This document shows, one piece after another, positions 26,990-39,900 of a stretch of DNA of 64,000 nt. The stretch is from Lingula anatina (Eukaryota; Animalia; Brachiopoda). A program made the translations under genes and the position numbers. The notes beneath the pieces are model-generated. The model saw nothing but the letters and a program-made list of their open reading frames with translations. It did no database searches and was not told the origin of the DNA. Where the stretch lies: the NCBI GenBank assembly GCA_051362555.1, contig CM120647.1:1-64000 (forward strand). The letters are read 5' to 3'. Position 1 is the first letter of the stretch, and each line of letters opens with the position of its first letter.

Positions 26990-27288
26990 AAAGAAAATTG
27001 TCCCTATTTCTCTAGTCATGGATCTTTATCACCCACCCAAAATGAAATTATCTTCGAAACTGTTGCAAATTTTCTTCTCGAAAACTTTGTCATCACTTAA
27101 TAGGTACTATCTCTTTTCTTCTTCTTTCTTTCTGTACTTAATTTGTGCTCCATAATATTTGTATATATGTATCCATTTGTTTTATTTATTTACTTATTTA
27201 ATTTTGTGGAGAGCATATAATGCTTCCAGCGCCTTGCCTCCATTTCTTTTTTTTTTTTTTTTTTTTGAATAAACGTTGTTAAAAAAAG
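26990..27288 (+). mobile_element. Second, short 3' fragment of a related LINE
   Basis: HGSLSPTQNEIIFETVANFLLEN resembles HGHKTLTSGQNDKIFEIVSDFLIKN of the upstream copy. Both share the 3' motif GAGCATATAATGC...TTGCC...GAATAAA..TGTTAAAAA. Confidence 0.7.
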
Positions 27289-27772
27289 TAAACAAAGCAA
27301 CCCGTTGTAACCATTTGCCATTTATTGGTTTTAATAAACAATAAATTTGAACATTAGATATGTGTGTGCTCATTGATCGACAGATTGATAAATTGCCATT
27401 GTGAAGTTTAACATAGTGACTACTCAGGATCTGTAATGAGTAGACACACAATTGTTTTACTGTCCAAGGAAGAACAAATTATTTTTAAAAGCATGTTTTG
27501 TTTCGAGTAGAAGCCTGATCATACCTTTAATTTATAATATCAATTCGACTTTAAATGGCACTTGCCAAAAGTTTTTTCATTGCAATCGAGGATATAGTTA
27601 GTCGTTTTTGTACCAACAATAATTTACCTTTTGTTTCTACAACCTTGTAAATGGTTCACACTTTGAAGTGGAATCATGTGATCTTCCTAACAAGGAAAGG
27701 ATACTCTCATTGTAATCATGCAATCTTGCAAGAATGTGTCCTTATCTTATAAAACTTTTGTGGAATGGCCGT

Positions 27773-29636
27773 TTAATTTTTAATTTGCATAAGAAGACGC
27801 ATCATTTCAAGCTGGTGCTGTCTTTCTCTTTCCTTCTCGTCTCGTCGTTCCTGTCGTTGCCTCTCCTCTCTCTCTCGATCCATTGCCCGTTGACGGTCTT
27901 CTCTATCAAACATTTTCATCTGCATTTCCTGTTCTGCCTTCAGTCTTTTTTCTTCAAACTCAAGAGCTGAAGCGCGTTCTTTTCTCATTTCGTCCACCAT
28001 CGACTCCCACAATTCGCTTAAGGTTTCCCCAGTTGATCTTCGCTTTCTGGTGCCTGGAAAGAAATAATCGCAGATATAGTGTATAGCAAAATCAAGATTT
28101 AATATAAACCTTAAAGTTCAACAATGGGACAGGTCACGGCTGACTGTTCAGAGGGACTTTTTCCTATTCATCCTTTAATGCACAACATATAATTCACAAA
28201 AGAAGTGTAACATCAATTTCATAAATTATCATGTATACTGGTTAGTGGTAGGTACATTTCAATAATCTAATCTGCTAGACCAGCTCATTAATAATATTAT
28301 AAACACAGTAAGAAAAAACACATATGTCACCAGGATCTTTCAAATATGAATGCAAACCAACAACTTTGTGCTTCAGTTTAAAATAGCCTTTTGAGAAAAA
28401 AACATATTTAAACATACCAGTACCACCTCTTCTCAGAGGAATAAAGCTGTCAGCGCTACTCGTTGAGCTGAAGCTGGCACTCCTTTGGCGTTCACTAGGA
28501 GACCCCATTGGTTCCACAGCGTCATCCAGCTCTTCCTCCTCGTCAATATTTTCATCACCATCCTCAATAATATCATCATGGGAGTTCTCATCTGTAATAC
28601 AATAAAAAATATACCTGTTTCATATAGTTTTTTCAATCAATATTGTCTTATTAAAAAAGGTGTACTAAAGTTATATGTAAAAAACAGGCAAGAGCGGAAA
28701 TAAAATGTAAACAAATGACCTTATTTAAATGCCCTCTAGAAGAAAAACAACTTTTCCAAACATAACCGTTACCATATAAGAATGAGCTTTAATAATCATC
28801 TGTGTTCAGGCAAAGTGGAAAATGGCTTTTTTTGTTGTAATAAATATCAAAAGGAGTAGTACTATCAAGATGACAGATTGTATCACTTTCTAAAAGTGGC
28901 ATGTTTGCAGAATGCCAGGAGCAAGCTACTGGAAGAAAAAGGTAATTATACTTAATTGTTTGTTTGTGGATGCCAGGTAGATGGGTCCACAAACAAAGGA
29001 CATTACAACAGTGACACCCCAAATCTTCTCATTCACCTGGCTTGTCAATTTTTAATGGCTTACCTGTGGCTTGGGTGCTTGTACTTGTATCTAGCAAGTT
29101 GCGGGGCATTTGCAATGGGCGATTTCCAAGTATTTTGTCTAGTTCATCAAAATGCTTGCACGTTTTGTGGCCCCTACCACTACGACTGAAAAAAAATATA
29201 AGGAAAGAATCACGTGAAGATATAATGAACACATGGATATTGGTAATCAACAGTAACATCACCTGAGAGACGAATCACAAGATAGGCCTACCCTATGAAA
29301 AATAAGGTGAACGAAGTCGAAAATCTGACAGTGTAATTGATAATTGCAAAATTCAAAAGAAACTCTCTTGTTGTTGTCTTTGACTTTTTTGTAGTTCCCC
29401 TTTAACTTTCTGATTCTGTTCTGGCAAGCCTGGCCTGTACGGTCAACACCGTAATCCTTTCTCAGCCGCTCCGCAATCTTTCTGAGTACCTGAACATTAG
29501 TGAAACGCACACTCGCAAAATGTGTTTGCAAATCTTCCTCCCCCCAGATGTTGATTAGAGCGATAGTCTCAGCATCTGTCCAATTTTCCACACCCTTTGA
29601 CCTTCCTCCAAATTGTTTTGCACTACCACTAGCCAT
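27773..29636 (-). CDS. Harbinger Myb/SANT-like (trihelix) DNA-binding protein, ~4 exons (~29636-29365, ~29185-29064, 28591-28418, 28053-27773)
   Basis: WTDAETIALINIW...RTGQACQNRIRKLKGNYKKVKD, then CKHFDELDKILG, an acidic linker and a C-terminal E/R coiled coil. The exon 1/2 junction is uncertain. Confidence 0.85.
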
Positions 29637-31879
29637 ATTACGCGTCTGTATGATTGAGTCGTCACAAGTAAACTGATGAACTCCACAACTTAGAGATACT
29701 ACTGCGCATGCGTCAAGGTATCGGAATCTCCTCCGAGCACAGCCGAGAATTAATTACAGCTTCGTATAAGTAACTGGCTCGCGCTGCCAGTAATTACGCC
29801 GCGGGATACTCAGGGCACAGAGCGTGATCATAAGACATACCGAAAATAGAAAATAGAATTTAGAAAATAGACATTGCATGTGAACGAAGCCCAAATGTAT
29901 ACAGGACAGACGCAAATTAGATAATAACATGTTGATTAACTATGACTACACAATGTGGAATTTATGCAGGATTCCACACGCCTTCCCCTCTTTATAAAAA
30001 ATAATGGTACATTATTTTAAAATGACATCAACATGAACAACCTGTATTCCCAGAATATAAAAATCCTTTTAATTAGACCCATTTAAACAGTTGTGCCAAA
30101 CTTTAAATTTAATCTGCAATACTTGATCTGTAAACATGAATCCTACAAAACAAATTTTACCTTTTCATGAGGATTAAAATCAAACAACATATTGAAACTA
30201 GATACTCTCACAACGACCACAACAATGAAATAATGATAATTATTATGATAATAACGCCGTTTAAAATGGTACAAATTATACCCCATTCCATCCTTATAAA
30301 TTTTATATAGGATACTTCATATAATTATATTTTATCAAATATATGTATTCAATTATTGTTACATCCCAATAATCATTTGGTTTTAAACAAATTACACTTA
30401 TAAACTTATATACATATTAATGAATGCTCCACTTATAACACGTCATATACAATACTCTGGAATGATACGCAGATCTTCAACAGATTTTGTTTTTCATTCT
30501 GTTAGGGTGTCCAGTTCACCCAACCTCTGCCGGGAAGACCTGGCAGAGTAACCGGATTAGTCGCCGGACTACTCGACTCTTCTTCTGTAATATACACTTT
30601 TTCGCTGATTTAAAAATTTCGGTATCCGGACTGTTTCGGGGTCTTGTGGTGTGGGTGTGGCAGTCTTTTCTGAGCATAACTTGCAGATCCTTTCTTCAGG
30701 GGGTATTGATTTTGGTTTTCGGTCTGCCTCTTTGGATTTCTAAGTCATGTGCCCCTGTTCTAAATTTTGCCAAATTTTGCTTTTCATGTTTTGGTATAGG
30801 TGCTGTTGTGTACGCTTCCCTTTCATAATTTGTTTTAAATAATCGATATATACGTAGTATGCTGTTTTCTCGCTCTATTTCTTTGAGAAACAAAAAGGTA
30901 TATTGACTTTCCAGTGCATTTTTTACTTCTGCTTTCGAGGGGGTATTAGTCTGTATTTTCATTAGATTTTGAGTAATGTATTTAATATTTCGCTTGACCA
31001 ATTTTTTACCTGTGTATCATGTTTTGTTTCATATTCATACATTTTTTTTCTTTTTTTTTTGCAGTGCGCTGCTTTGGCATTTCAGAAAATCTTTGCAAGT
31101 AGGATGTAGCATGACCAATTATGTCATGTGTAATTGGGAATCTGCCTAGTTCTGCTTTAGCTGCTATATTACTGGCATTGCGCCTCACACCTAAAATGTA
31201 TTTGCAATAGTTATTTTGTACTACTTCGAATGGCAAAGTATTCATGTATTTTAGAGATTTTATGCTTTTAGATGCGATTGATGGTCCCCAGATTTCGCAT
31301 CCGTACATAAGTATGGGTTTTATAAGGGCATCGAAGAGTTTTAAGTGTGTCTGGGTCATATTGTGGGTGGTGGACTGTAAAGCCTGCTTAACTGCGAAAA
31401 CCGCCTTCATGGCTTTACCTTTCAGATCATCAAGTGCGCTTTTGAATGATCCATTCGATTTGAATTTTATCCCTAAATAATTATATTCATGTGTTATTTC
31501 TATTGTTTGATGGTCTATTGTGAAATTCATGTTTGGTTTTTTGCCTGACTTACTAAATACCATTACTTTCGTTTTGTTGGTATTGACTTTGAGTTTCCAT
31601 TTTTTGCAGTAGTCCCCCAAATTGTCAAGACTTTTTTGTAGGCCCTTTGTAGATTTAGATAGAATAACGAGGTCATCAGCATATAAAAGGTGACTGATTG
31701 TAGTGTTGGCATTAACTTTTACGGGATCACATGTGCCATTGAATATTTTTTCATATCATCTATGTATATATTAAAAAGCATTGGACTCAAGCTGTCACCT
31801 TGCCTTATTCCTATATCTGTCTTAAAGTAGTTTGTGCGTCTTTGGCCAATTTTGACGCACAGCTCTGTAGTTTGATACA

Positions 31880-32600
31880 TGTAATGTCCAATATCTTGAC
31901 ACAAAACACCTTTGTAATGTCCAATATCTTTTATTAAACTTTGACACTTTGTCGTCCATCCATTAGATCATGTCCGCATATCAAAACATAAACCGCCTTG
32001 CACTATCTTCTATTTTATGGTTCTATTCCGCAACATAAAAATGTTTCCTGTTTGCATATATTAAAAGTCTTATCAAGATCATCAATCACAGAACTGAAAA
32101 GTACATGTATCGCCGTTATCTTTCATTTACTAACTTCTATCCGTTCCTTTCTATCCGTCTGTAATGTCCAGTATCTTGACAGAATCCCTTATGAATAGCT
32201 TTGATCATCTGTTGTAATGTCCAAAACACCTTATGAATGCCTTTGATTGTCCGTGGTATTGTCCAAAACACCTTATAAATACTTTTGAATACGTTTAGAC
32301 TAGTTTAAACTTGTACATGCATAACCTCGTGGTCTTGTGGCAGCCATACTTTTTTTGTTTGCGACCTTGACCTTGTTACGTCAGCAAACGACCTATATTT
32401 AGACTTAACACTGATCTATGCTGCATATACCACTGAACCACCAATTATGCAAGGGATTTGGGTGTTTACGAAACTGTATCAATAAATTTGCTCTGGTATT
32501 TTGAAACTACTTTCTCCTTTTCTTTTCTGACAAGTTGTTCAAGATTTATCTTCCTCCTCTTTTCCTGTTCTATGATTTTACTACATAACTAGACTTAACA
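31880..32600. mobile_element. Probable solo LTR inserted in the RTEX RT domain
   Basis: 721 bp with TGT...ACA termini and a 5-bp TSD ATACA (31875-31879, 32601-32605). It contains internal TGTAATGTCCA repeats. Confidence 0.65.
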
Positions 32601-32858
32601 ATACATGTGTTTTATTGTTCTATAAAAGTTTCCTCCTATTTTTTGTTTTAATACTTTGAGGAATAGACCTTCAATCCACACGCTATCAAATGCTTTTTTA
32701 AGATCCATAAAACATGCATATAACTTATTATTCTTATTGATGAATTGGTTAATAAGGCTGTTTAGAATGAACATATTGTCTGAGGTTCTATATGTAGGCG
32801 GAACCCTGCTTGTTCTTTAGAAAGACATTCACATTCTTCGATATAGGAGAGAAGCCTG

Positions 32859-34618
32859 GGGCCAATTCCATAAAAACATTCTAACTTAGCATGATACTAG
32901 GCCTTAGAATGATTCTAAATCCCTAGTTGTATACTTGTTAGCAATCAACTAATTTCTATTCCATAAAACCAAACTAAGAATCATTCTTACTAGTTGCTTG
33001 CTAAGATTTGGCTAGAATGGTGTATTCAAAGGAAAACCACAAAACCACAGGGTCAATTACGCCAAACAAAAGGCAGTGACAGTGAAAGTTGAGCTGATCG
33101 CAGGCTGAGGGAAGTACTGGTCAAGGCATTACCATGTATTCTATAAAAGCCCTATACAGAAAGGGGTCAAAATGGCAACTTCAGGGAAGAGACAACGAAA
33201 GCCCAATTATTCGACACAAGAAAATCTCTTTATAGCAGAATGCTATGAAGAATTTAAGGACATATTAGATAGTCAACACAAGGATGCTAACACCAATGCT
33301 AGGAAAAATAAAGCTTGGGAAAGCATACTTAGTCAGCACAAGGCAAGGTTTCCCAATGTGTCAAGATCTTTGGAAGACTTGAAGACAAAACTCTCCAAAC
33401 TAAAAATGGAATCTCGCGCAAAGCTTACTGAGCAGAAGAAGTCACAAAAAAAGACTGGTGGTGGAAAGCCAACAGCCGATCCTTCCCCTGCTCAGCAAAA
33501 GATCCTTGATCTTTGTGAAGAAACCCCGGGGTTCAAAGGACTGGAGGGAGTGGTATCACCAGCATGCAGCTCAACTGCTGCAGCATCGGTTCCACTGGAC
33601 AGTTCAGGTAAGAGCATAACAATAATTTTATTTTGAGCCCTCATTCATTTTACAGTTAGTTTTACCATAGAGGCCTATACATGTACCTGCAAGTGCATGT
33701 GACAGTTTGGTACTTAAAGAAAAAAAAACTAGGTAAACTTTTACAAAGTGCAAAATGTGATTTTTCTTTTCTTTACACTGGCTATATATTATAATGAGTA
33801 TTACTTGGAATGGTTTTCAGGCACTACTAAATTGAGAATGCTTTAAATTTGGACTGTATCTTTTACATTGTAGAATCAGGAGATGATGATAGAGGCCTTT
33901 CTAACGCAACTATAGTGCCGGCAGTTCATGCAACAGTGTCATCTGGCAGTTCTGAAACTCGACCAAGCAAGGTTCTAAGGAATGCTGCATATGAAGATTT
34001 GATTAACATTGAGAGAGCAAATGCACTAATTAAGCAAGAGGATCTTAAGTTAAAACAAAAGAAATTGAAATTGGAAATTGAACTTTTGGAACGTAAACTT
34101 AATGCAAGCACACATAAAGATGACACTGACCATTCATCACCAGTGTATTTCAGTTTGTAAGCAATATCATTTATCCACTGTCTGTAAAATAATTCTAAAT
34201 GTAAATGGTAGGACATTCGCATAAAACATTAAATCTCCTGTCAAAACTTAAATCCAATGTTATTTCTTATTTCATTCTCTCAAGCAAGAATAAAGTTTAG
34301 AATCTATTTTGTATGAACAATGCACGTGGTCTGTGTCCATTTAAATGTCCGGTGTATTCCTCCAAATCTGGTTGCGGCCGCCCTGGTTCGATATCCTCAA
34401 CCCGTGGTTCATTTCTATCAACTCGGAGGTGCGGGTAGAAATGAATTAGAATGATACTAGTGATTTAGAAGAGACCCAGACCTACTCTAACTTTAGCATG
34501 AAACTTAGAACTATACTAGGCTTAGAATGGTTTTATGGAATAGAGTTAGTAGGTAACTAGAGGTAGAATGAAGTTTAGCAACCAACTAGGGCTTAGAATG
34601 GTTTTATGGAATTGGCCC
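32859..34618. mobile_element. Non-autonomous Harbinger derivative retaining only the Myb/SANT gene
   Basis: TIRs GGGCCAATTCCATAAAA.CATTCTAA and a 3-bp TSD CTG. Removing the element restores the RTEX frame. Confidence 0.9.
33172..34160 (+). CDS. Myb/SANT-like DNA-binding protein (MSANTD-type), 2 exons (33172-33607, 33873-34160)
   Basis: RKPNYS..E...I...Y......D......TN..K.KAW...KKTGGG motif and a C-terminal coiled coil. Donor CAG|GTAAGA, acceptor TAG|AA, TATAAAA at 33142. Confidence 0.85.
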
Positions 34619-35099
34619 CTGGTATTTAGAATTGAAGTGAAAAGTTTTCCTAAACAGCTGCTTATACAAATTCCTCTGTAGTTTTGTGGGTTCAAGGGAT
34701 CTCCAGACTTCAGCAGTGGCTTTATCATACCTTTATTCCAAAGAGAGGGGAATTTACCACTACCTAGGATTAGGTTGAATAGTTTAGCCAGTGATTTAGC
34801 TATGAATGCGGCAGACGTTTTTAGCATTTCATTAGAGATTGTATCTTCTCCGCATGATTTTCTTATTTTCAGAGCTTTGATAGCTGATTTAATTTCCTTG
34901 ATGGTTATGGGGTAGTCCAACTTTTTGTATTATTTTTCTTGGTCTAAGTGTTTTTCTAGGTTCGCTAGACTTTCGTGTAAGTTCTGATCATTTTGAGAGT
35001 TCTGACTCTCACCTAATTTTTTAAAGTAGTTGTACCAAGTATTGGGCTCAATGTATTCCGATGAGTCACTTTTCATTTGCCCCTTCAGTTGCCCTTCAG

Positions 35100-35316
35100 T
35101 TGCCCCGAAAGAGGCCATGAAACGTCATGTCTTGCAATTTTACACCTCCTTTTCTTGAAGAGTTTCTCGTGCGCGTCGACTACGGTAAGCACGCCAAGCT
35201 AAGACGTTAGATTCTTTGTGAAACACTCCTTGTCGACTTCAGCTAAGTCGACCTAACTAGGCCACCCAGCTCTAGCTAGTCGACTACGGATTTAAGGTTC
35301 TTTGTGAAACGGGGGC
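35100..35316. mobile_element. One-ended Harbinger-type MITE fragment
   Basis: Ends ...CTTTGTGAAACGGGGGC|CTG, similar to the TIR and CTG target of the 32859-34618 element. RTEX ORF2 sequence is missing at this point. Confidence 0.5.
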
Positions 35317-36935
35317 CTGGTCGAACCACGGTTGTTTCATTTTGTGTTTGGATTTTTTGTTACCATGTGAACGCCTTCTTTTGAGTGCCCGGTTTGCTGT
35401 TGATTCCATTATGTTTGTGAACTCATTCACTGCATCATTTACTCCCGATTCGTTATTAGCAAAGGAGGTGCATTCGTAATCTATAATTTTTTGTGTTATT
35501 CCTGCACTTATGAAAACCTCTTCAAAGGCTACTTTGTCTTTATCCCATATAAACTTGCTTTTAATATTTGTAGTTTCATGTTGTTGTGTTTTTTCACCTT
35601 GTGTTGTTTTCATTTCAAGAATGCATTCCAGTAAACAATGGTCTGAGATATAGTCAATGGGGTTTACACAGAAATTTTTGATTGATTTGAATAGGTCTGA
35701 ACCAACCACCATGTAGTCTACCACACTTTTCCCATTATTACTCTGACATGTATAGTATCCGAGGGTATCTCCCTGCTTTCTACCATTTAAGATACGTAAC
35801 TGTGCAGAGATGCATAGGTTGACCAGTGAGTAGCCAAAAGGGTTAATTTTGTGGTCTAGATTATTTCTGATCTTCACTCTTTTATCACAGGTATAAGTGT
35901 CTGGAAGTGGCACTCTGTTTACTTCATCATTCTCTATGTAATCTTTCATATTGTGGGTACGGCTGTTAAAGTCACCAGCTAACATAATATCTCCCTTCTG
36001 GCTATATAGAGCGATTTCCTTTTCTAACACATCATAAGTGCTCTGTTCAATTGTTCCACTTGTACTATTCTGTGGTTTTATATAAACAAAACAAACAAAA
36101 ATATCTCTTTCAAAGCCGAAAAACTCTCTTGTTAGCCGTACCCATAAGAGATCTTCACTACTACTATCTACTCTTGTGATACCTTGCTTAAGAACTTTTC
36201 TGTAGTATACTACTATGCCACCTGAAGGTCTACCTTTCAGTTTTTTCTTATTTCGAATTTGGTGAAAATGTACATAATCACTTCCGGGGAAATTGACATT
36301 TGATCTAATGCTACTCCAGGTCTCTACAAGACCCACTATATCGTATTTAGAGAGTGTATTTACAAAGTAAGTGTCCATAAGTTTTTCGCTAAGGCCATGA
36401 ACATTTCTCATTCCTATTCTAAGGTTTTGAGACATACTACTGAAATATTGGATGCTTAAGAGCTTCTAGTATTTTAACTGTCTTACGTCTATGCAAGCTT
36501 TCTAGATTCAACTGTATCATTTTCAGTCCCTTAGACTGGATTGTTTACTGCGTTTATACCATTTTTCACACTATAGGTATTGATTGCATTTAAAATCAAC
36601 TTTGATCCATCGAAACAAATTCCATTGACGTAATAACTATAATTGTTTGAACTCAGTAATCTAGTATTGCATTTGATCTATTTGGATGTAACTCTATCAA
36701 CTAATAACAAACAACAGCTTAATAACTACATTGCTTTACAATTACTTAACTGTCTACAGTGACTTACCACAGCCCATCTTCTTCGGCTTCTCTATTGAAT
36801 GCTTTTTGAGAGGCTTAATTATGTATATGATACCAGTATGTTATATATTGAGATTCATCGTTACTGAGAGATCTCAGTTTTACTTTATCTTTTAAAGTCC
36901 ATCTGAATCGTTCAATAGTTTATGTAGTTCATATT

Positions 36936-39900
36936 TTAGCTAATGTAGCTTAGTAGATTCCTTAGCGTTTCTATTATGAAAGTGTTATTGTCACTATCGC
37001 GTACCGGTGTATTTGGCTGCTGCAATGTATGTCCATCTCTGTTGTTAGTGATCTGTTGTCTATGGGGCACCTCTCTTTCACTGTGGCCGTAGTGGTTCCT
37101 ATTTTGGTTGGAATGAGAATATATGTGGAGGTTTCTGCTGTCATTTTGCCATCTTTCCAAATGTAGCATTTTCAGTTCACTTCCTACGCGACGTTGGTGC
37201 TGCTGGATGTCACGTGGATAAGATAACACTTTGCTGTTGCGTTGTCCTCTGGGCTGGTATAAGTGGGAGATGTAGGTGCTGTTTGGATGCATGATGCCTG
37301 AAGCCATCTTTATGTTACGTGCAAGAGTGATAACTCCAGGCCGGGCGAGGTGTATTCCATCTGCAGTAAAAAGATCTCTTCTGCCTATTATGTTCTGATT
37401 CATCATGAAGTGGACTCCTGGCAAGGAGTGGCAGAAGTCCTGAATGATGGCATTTGCCTGTAGTGCATTCGCGTTGAACTGTTCATTTCCCCAACGGGGG
37501 AGAATATCACTGACAATTATTTTTGTTTCTGGGTATTGTTGTCTTATGTGGTTGACTAGTACTCTTAGTTCCTCTGCCACCTCCTGCGGTGGTTGGCCTG
37601 CGCTGATATTGTTAGAGCCTATGATGACTGTGATAGTTCTGGGGTGTCCGAAATGATTTTCTGTCATTATTTTTTTGGCATCTGAATTTTTTTTCCATTT
37701 AATATGTAGCAACGGCTGTTTGTCTTTGGGAAGAGTTTTTCTGCTTGGAGATCTTTCCCAATAGAACTAGACATGACGACATTGTCTATATTCCATTAGT
37801 TGTTGTGATGCCTGTCCAGGTTGCGATAGCCTTGATTCCAGCTGCTTTTGTTTTGCCTGTGTGTTTGATAGGATCCCACGATGTGATGTGTGTTGCCTGG
37901 GTTAGTTGGCTGTGAGTTCCAGTTTCTATTCTGTTGCGTGTCATTGATATGGCGTTGGGAATGATCTATGCATGATTGGTCTGCAGTAGAGGGTAGAGGA
38001 TTCCCGTTGCGTGCGGCCATTAGACATCGTGCTAGTAGCCTTGTGCCTCTCCTATTCAGATGAATTCCGTCTACCTGGTAGTGGTTGGAGGAGTGTATTA
38101 CTTCGTTTACCGGAATGAAATGTATCTTTTCCTGGTTTGCTAGTTCTGTGCTGACAGTGTCGTTGTATTCTTTTGCTTTCCTGTTGAAGTTTTGGTTGTG
38201 TTGCCGATTAAATATCCCTGCCAAGTATATTTCACAATCTGGATATTTTCTTTCCGTTGTGTCTCGTAGGTGGTGTAGTTCCGAGATAATTTCTTCTACA
38301 CTCTGATGGTTGATATTGTTGGTCCCTAGAATGAAAGTCAGCGATTCTGGGCTTCCTAGGTCTGATTTGCAAATGTAGTCATGTGCATCTGCAATAGTTT
38401 TTCCTCTTAAAATTTTCACATGCGATCTGTCCATTCTTTTGCCATCAAGGAGTTTTCCTATTGAGTCTGTCACTATAAAATGTTTATTTTGTGTTGGTTG
38501 GGTGTTTCTTTGTACATCTCGCTGTCTTTGGGTACTTTCACTCGAATCTGGGCTGCCTGAGGATTGAGCGTTTACTGTCGTTTCTCCCTGGTGTTGCAGC
38601 ATTGGATGGAATGAAGGTGTGTTATTTTGTGCATTAGCTGTATGCTCTTGACTGTGGTGTACTCTCGCATGTCTCTTTATATTCCTGGCTGATTCTTCGT
38701 GGTTTTCTCTTTGATGATGATCCTCAAAGATTGTGTCTCTAGTTTGTAAGATTTCGTCTTCTCCCAGTCCACTGAGAGCTTGGAATGTGTTTGAGCAGGG
38801 TACGTTGATCTTAAACAATCTATTTTGCTCTTTGTTCTCAGAGGAATCTACCTGTACTGTCGCCTGTTTATCTCCCACCTCCATTAATTGCTCTAATTGT
38901 ATTGGGTTACTGTCCTTTGTTTGTGTATTGGGCACAGGGAAGGGATGCACGTAGGATTGTTTAACTGCTGTCTGTTTATTTTGGCTATCAATTGACTGCT
39001 TTTGGTTAGGTTGTCCTGGGGTGCTTGGTTTTAATTGTTTGACTGTGGTGTGGCCTTTGTCTGAGTTTCGGCTAACTGGGGTGTTTGGTGATAGGTACTT
39101 CACACTTGTGTTTCCAGTGGAGTGGTGTCTACCTTGATTTTGGTCTGTTGGTGTGCTTGGGGCTAATTGCTTAATTGCTGTATCCTCTGTATAGTGGGCA
39201 TTTCCTGTGTCTTGCTGGGGGCTTGTTATTGTAGTAGCTGGTTTGACACCTCTAGTGTTGTTCCCAACTTGTTTAGCTTTCATGAGTTTGTCAGTATGGA
39301 GCTGTTGAGTCTCAATATTCTTTTCCATACTTGCTATGCTTTTCTCAATGGCTGTGAGTCTTTGTTCTATGTTAACAATTCTGGAGAGTGGAAACTGGGA
39401 AGCTTGGAATATAACCTCACAGTTTTCAGCTTCTATGTTTTGTAGTCTATCTCTGATGATCCCCATTTCCCGTTGCAGTTTATTGATAGAGGCTTGTGCT
39501 CCTCCTTTAAATGCTGTCACTGCTACATATACTTTGGATGTGTTTGATTTTCCTCGTAGTTTTGGTTTGGTAGCATCTGCCGGGGAGGGGGTGCCGTCAT
39601 TGCAACTTTCACTGATGCTTTCATTGTTGTGATTTTCTGTGTCTATCCCATAATCTTCAGCAATCGAGGCCTCTAGCTCCCTTGCTTGTTCTCCACAGAT
39701 TTGGTTATTTACAAGTCTATTAATCACTGGGAAGTGTTATTTTACCTATAATAGGTACGCATTCCTTTGTATGTGGATCTTCTTCGTATTTCTGTAGAAA
39801 GTTAGTGATATGGGCCCAAGTTCTACGTTCCGTTTGTTTTCATTTGATGTTTCTTTGTAATTTACTTTAATTTGAATTCCGTTATTCCCTCTGTCTATTG

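Larger units (their letters stand above)
21641..29891. mobile_element. PIF/Harbinger DNA transposon with ~193-bp TIRs and convergent transposase and Myb/SANT genes
   Basis: 21641-21833 is the reverse complement of 29699-29891 (GGCTTCGTTCACATGC..., about 5 mismatches). It encodes both canonical Harbinger proteins. The flanks TTA and CAA are not a perfect TSD. Confidence 0.93.
30450..36435 (-). pseudogene. RTEX-like ORF2 (AP endonuclease plus RT), fragmented
   Basis: Segments 36435-35317, 35090-34619, 32858-32601, 31879-30663 and ~30490 read collinearly once the insertions are removed (e.g. NTR|LLSYIE, IKHMY|QTTELC). Confidence 0.88.

Noticed and set aside
29673-29700. Other CTGATGA occurrences (29673, 43631, 49220) as hammerheads
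   Set aside because: No stem II followed by GAAA downstream.
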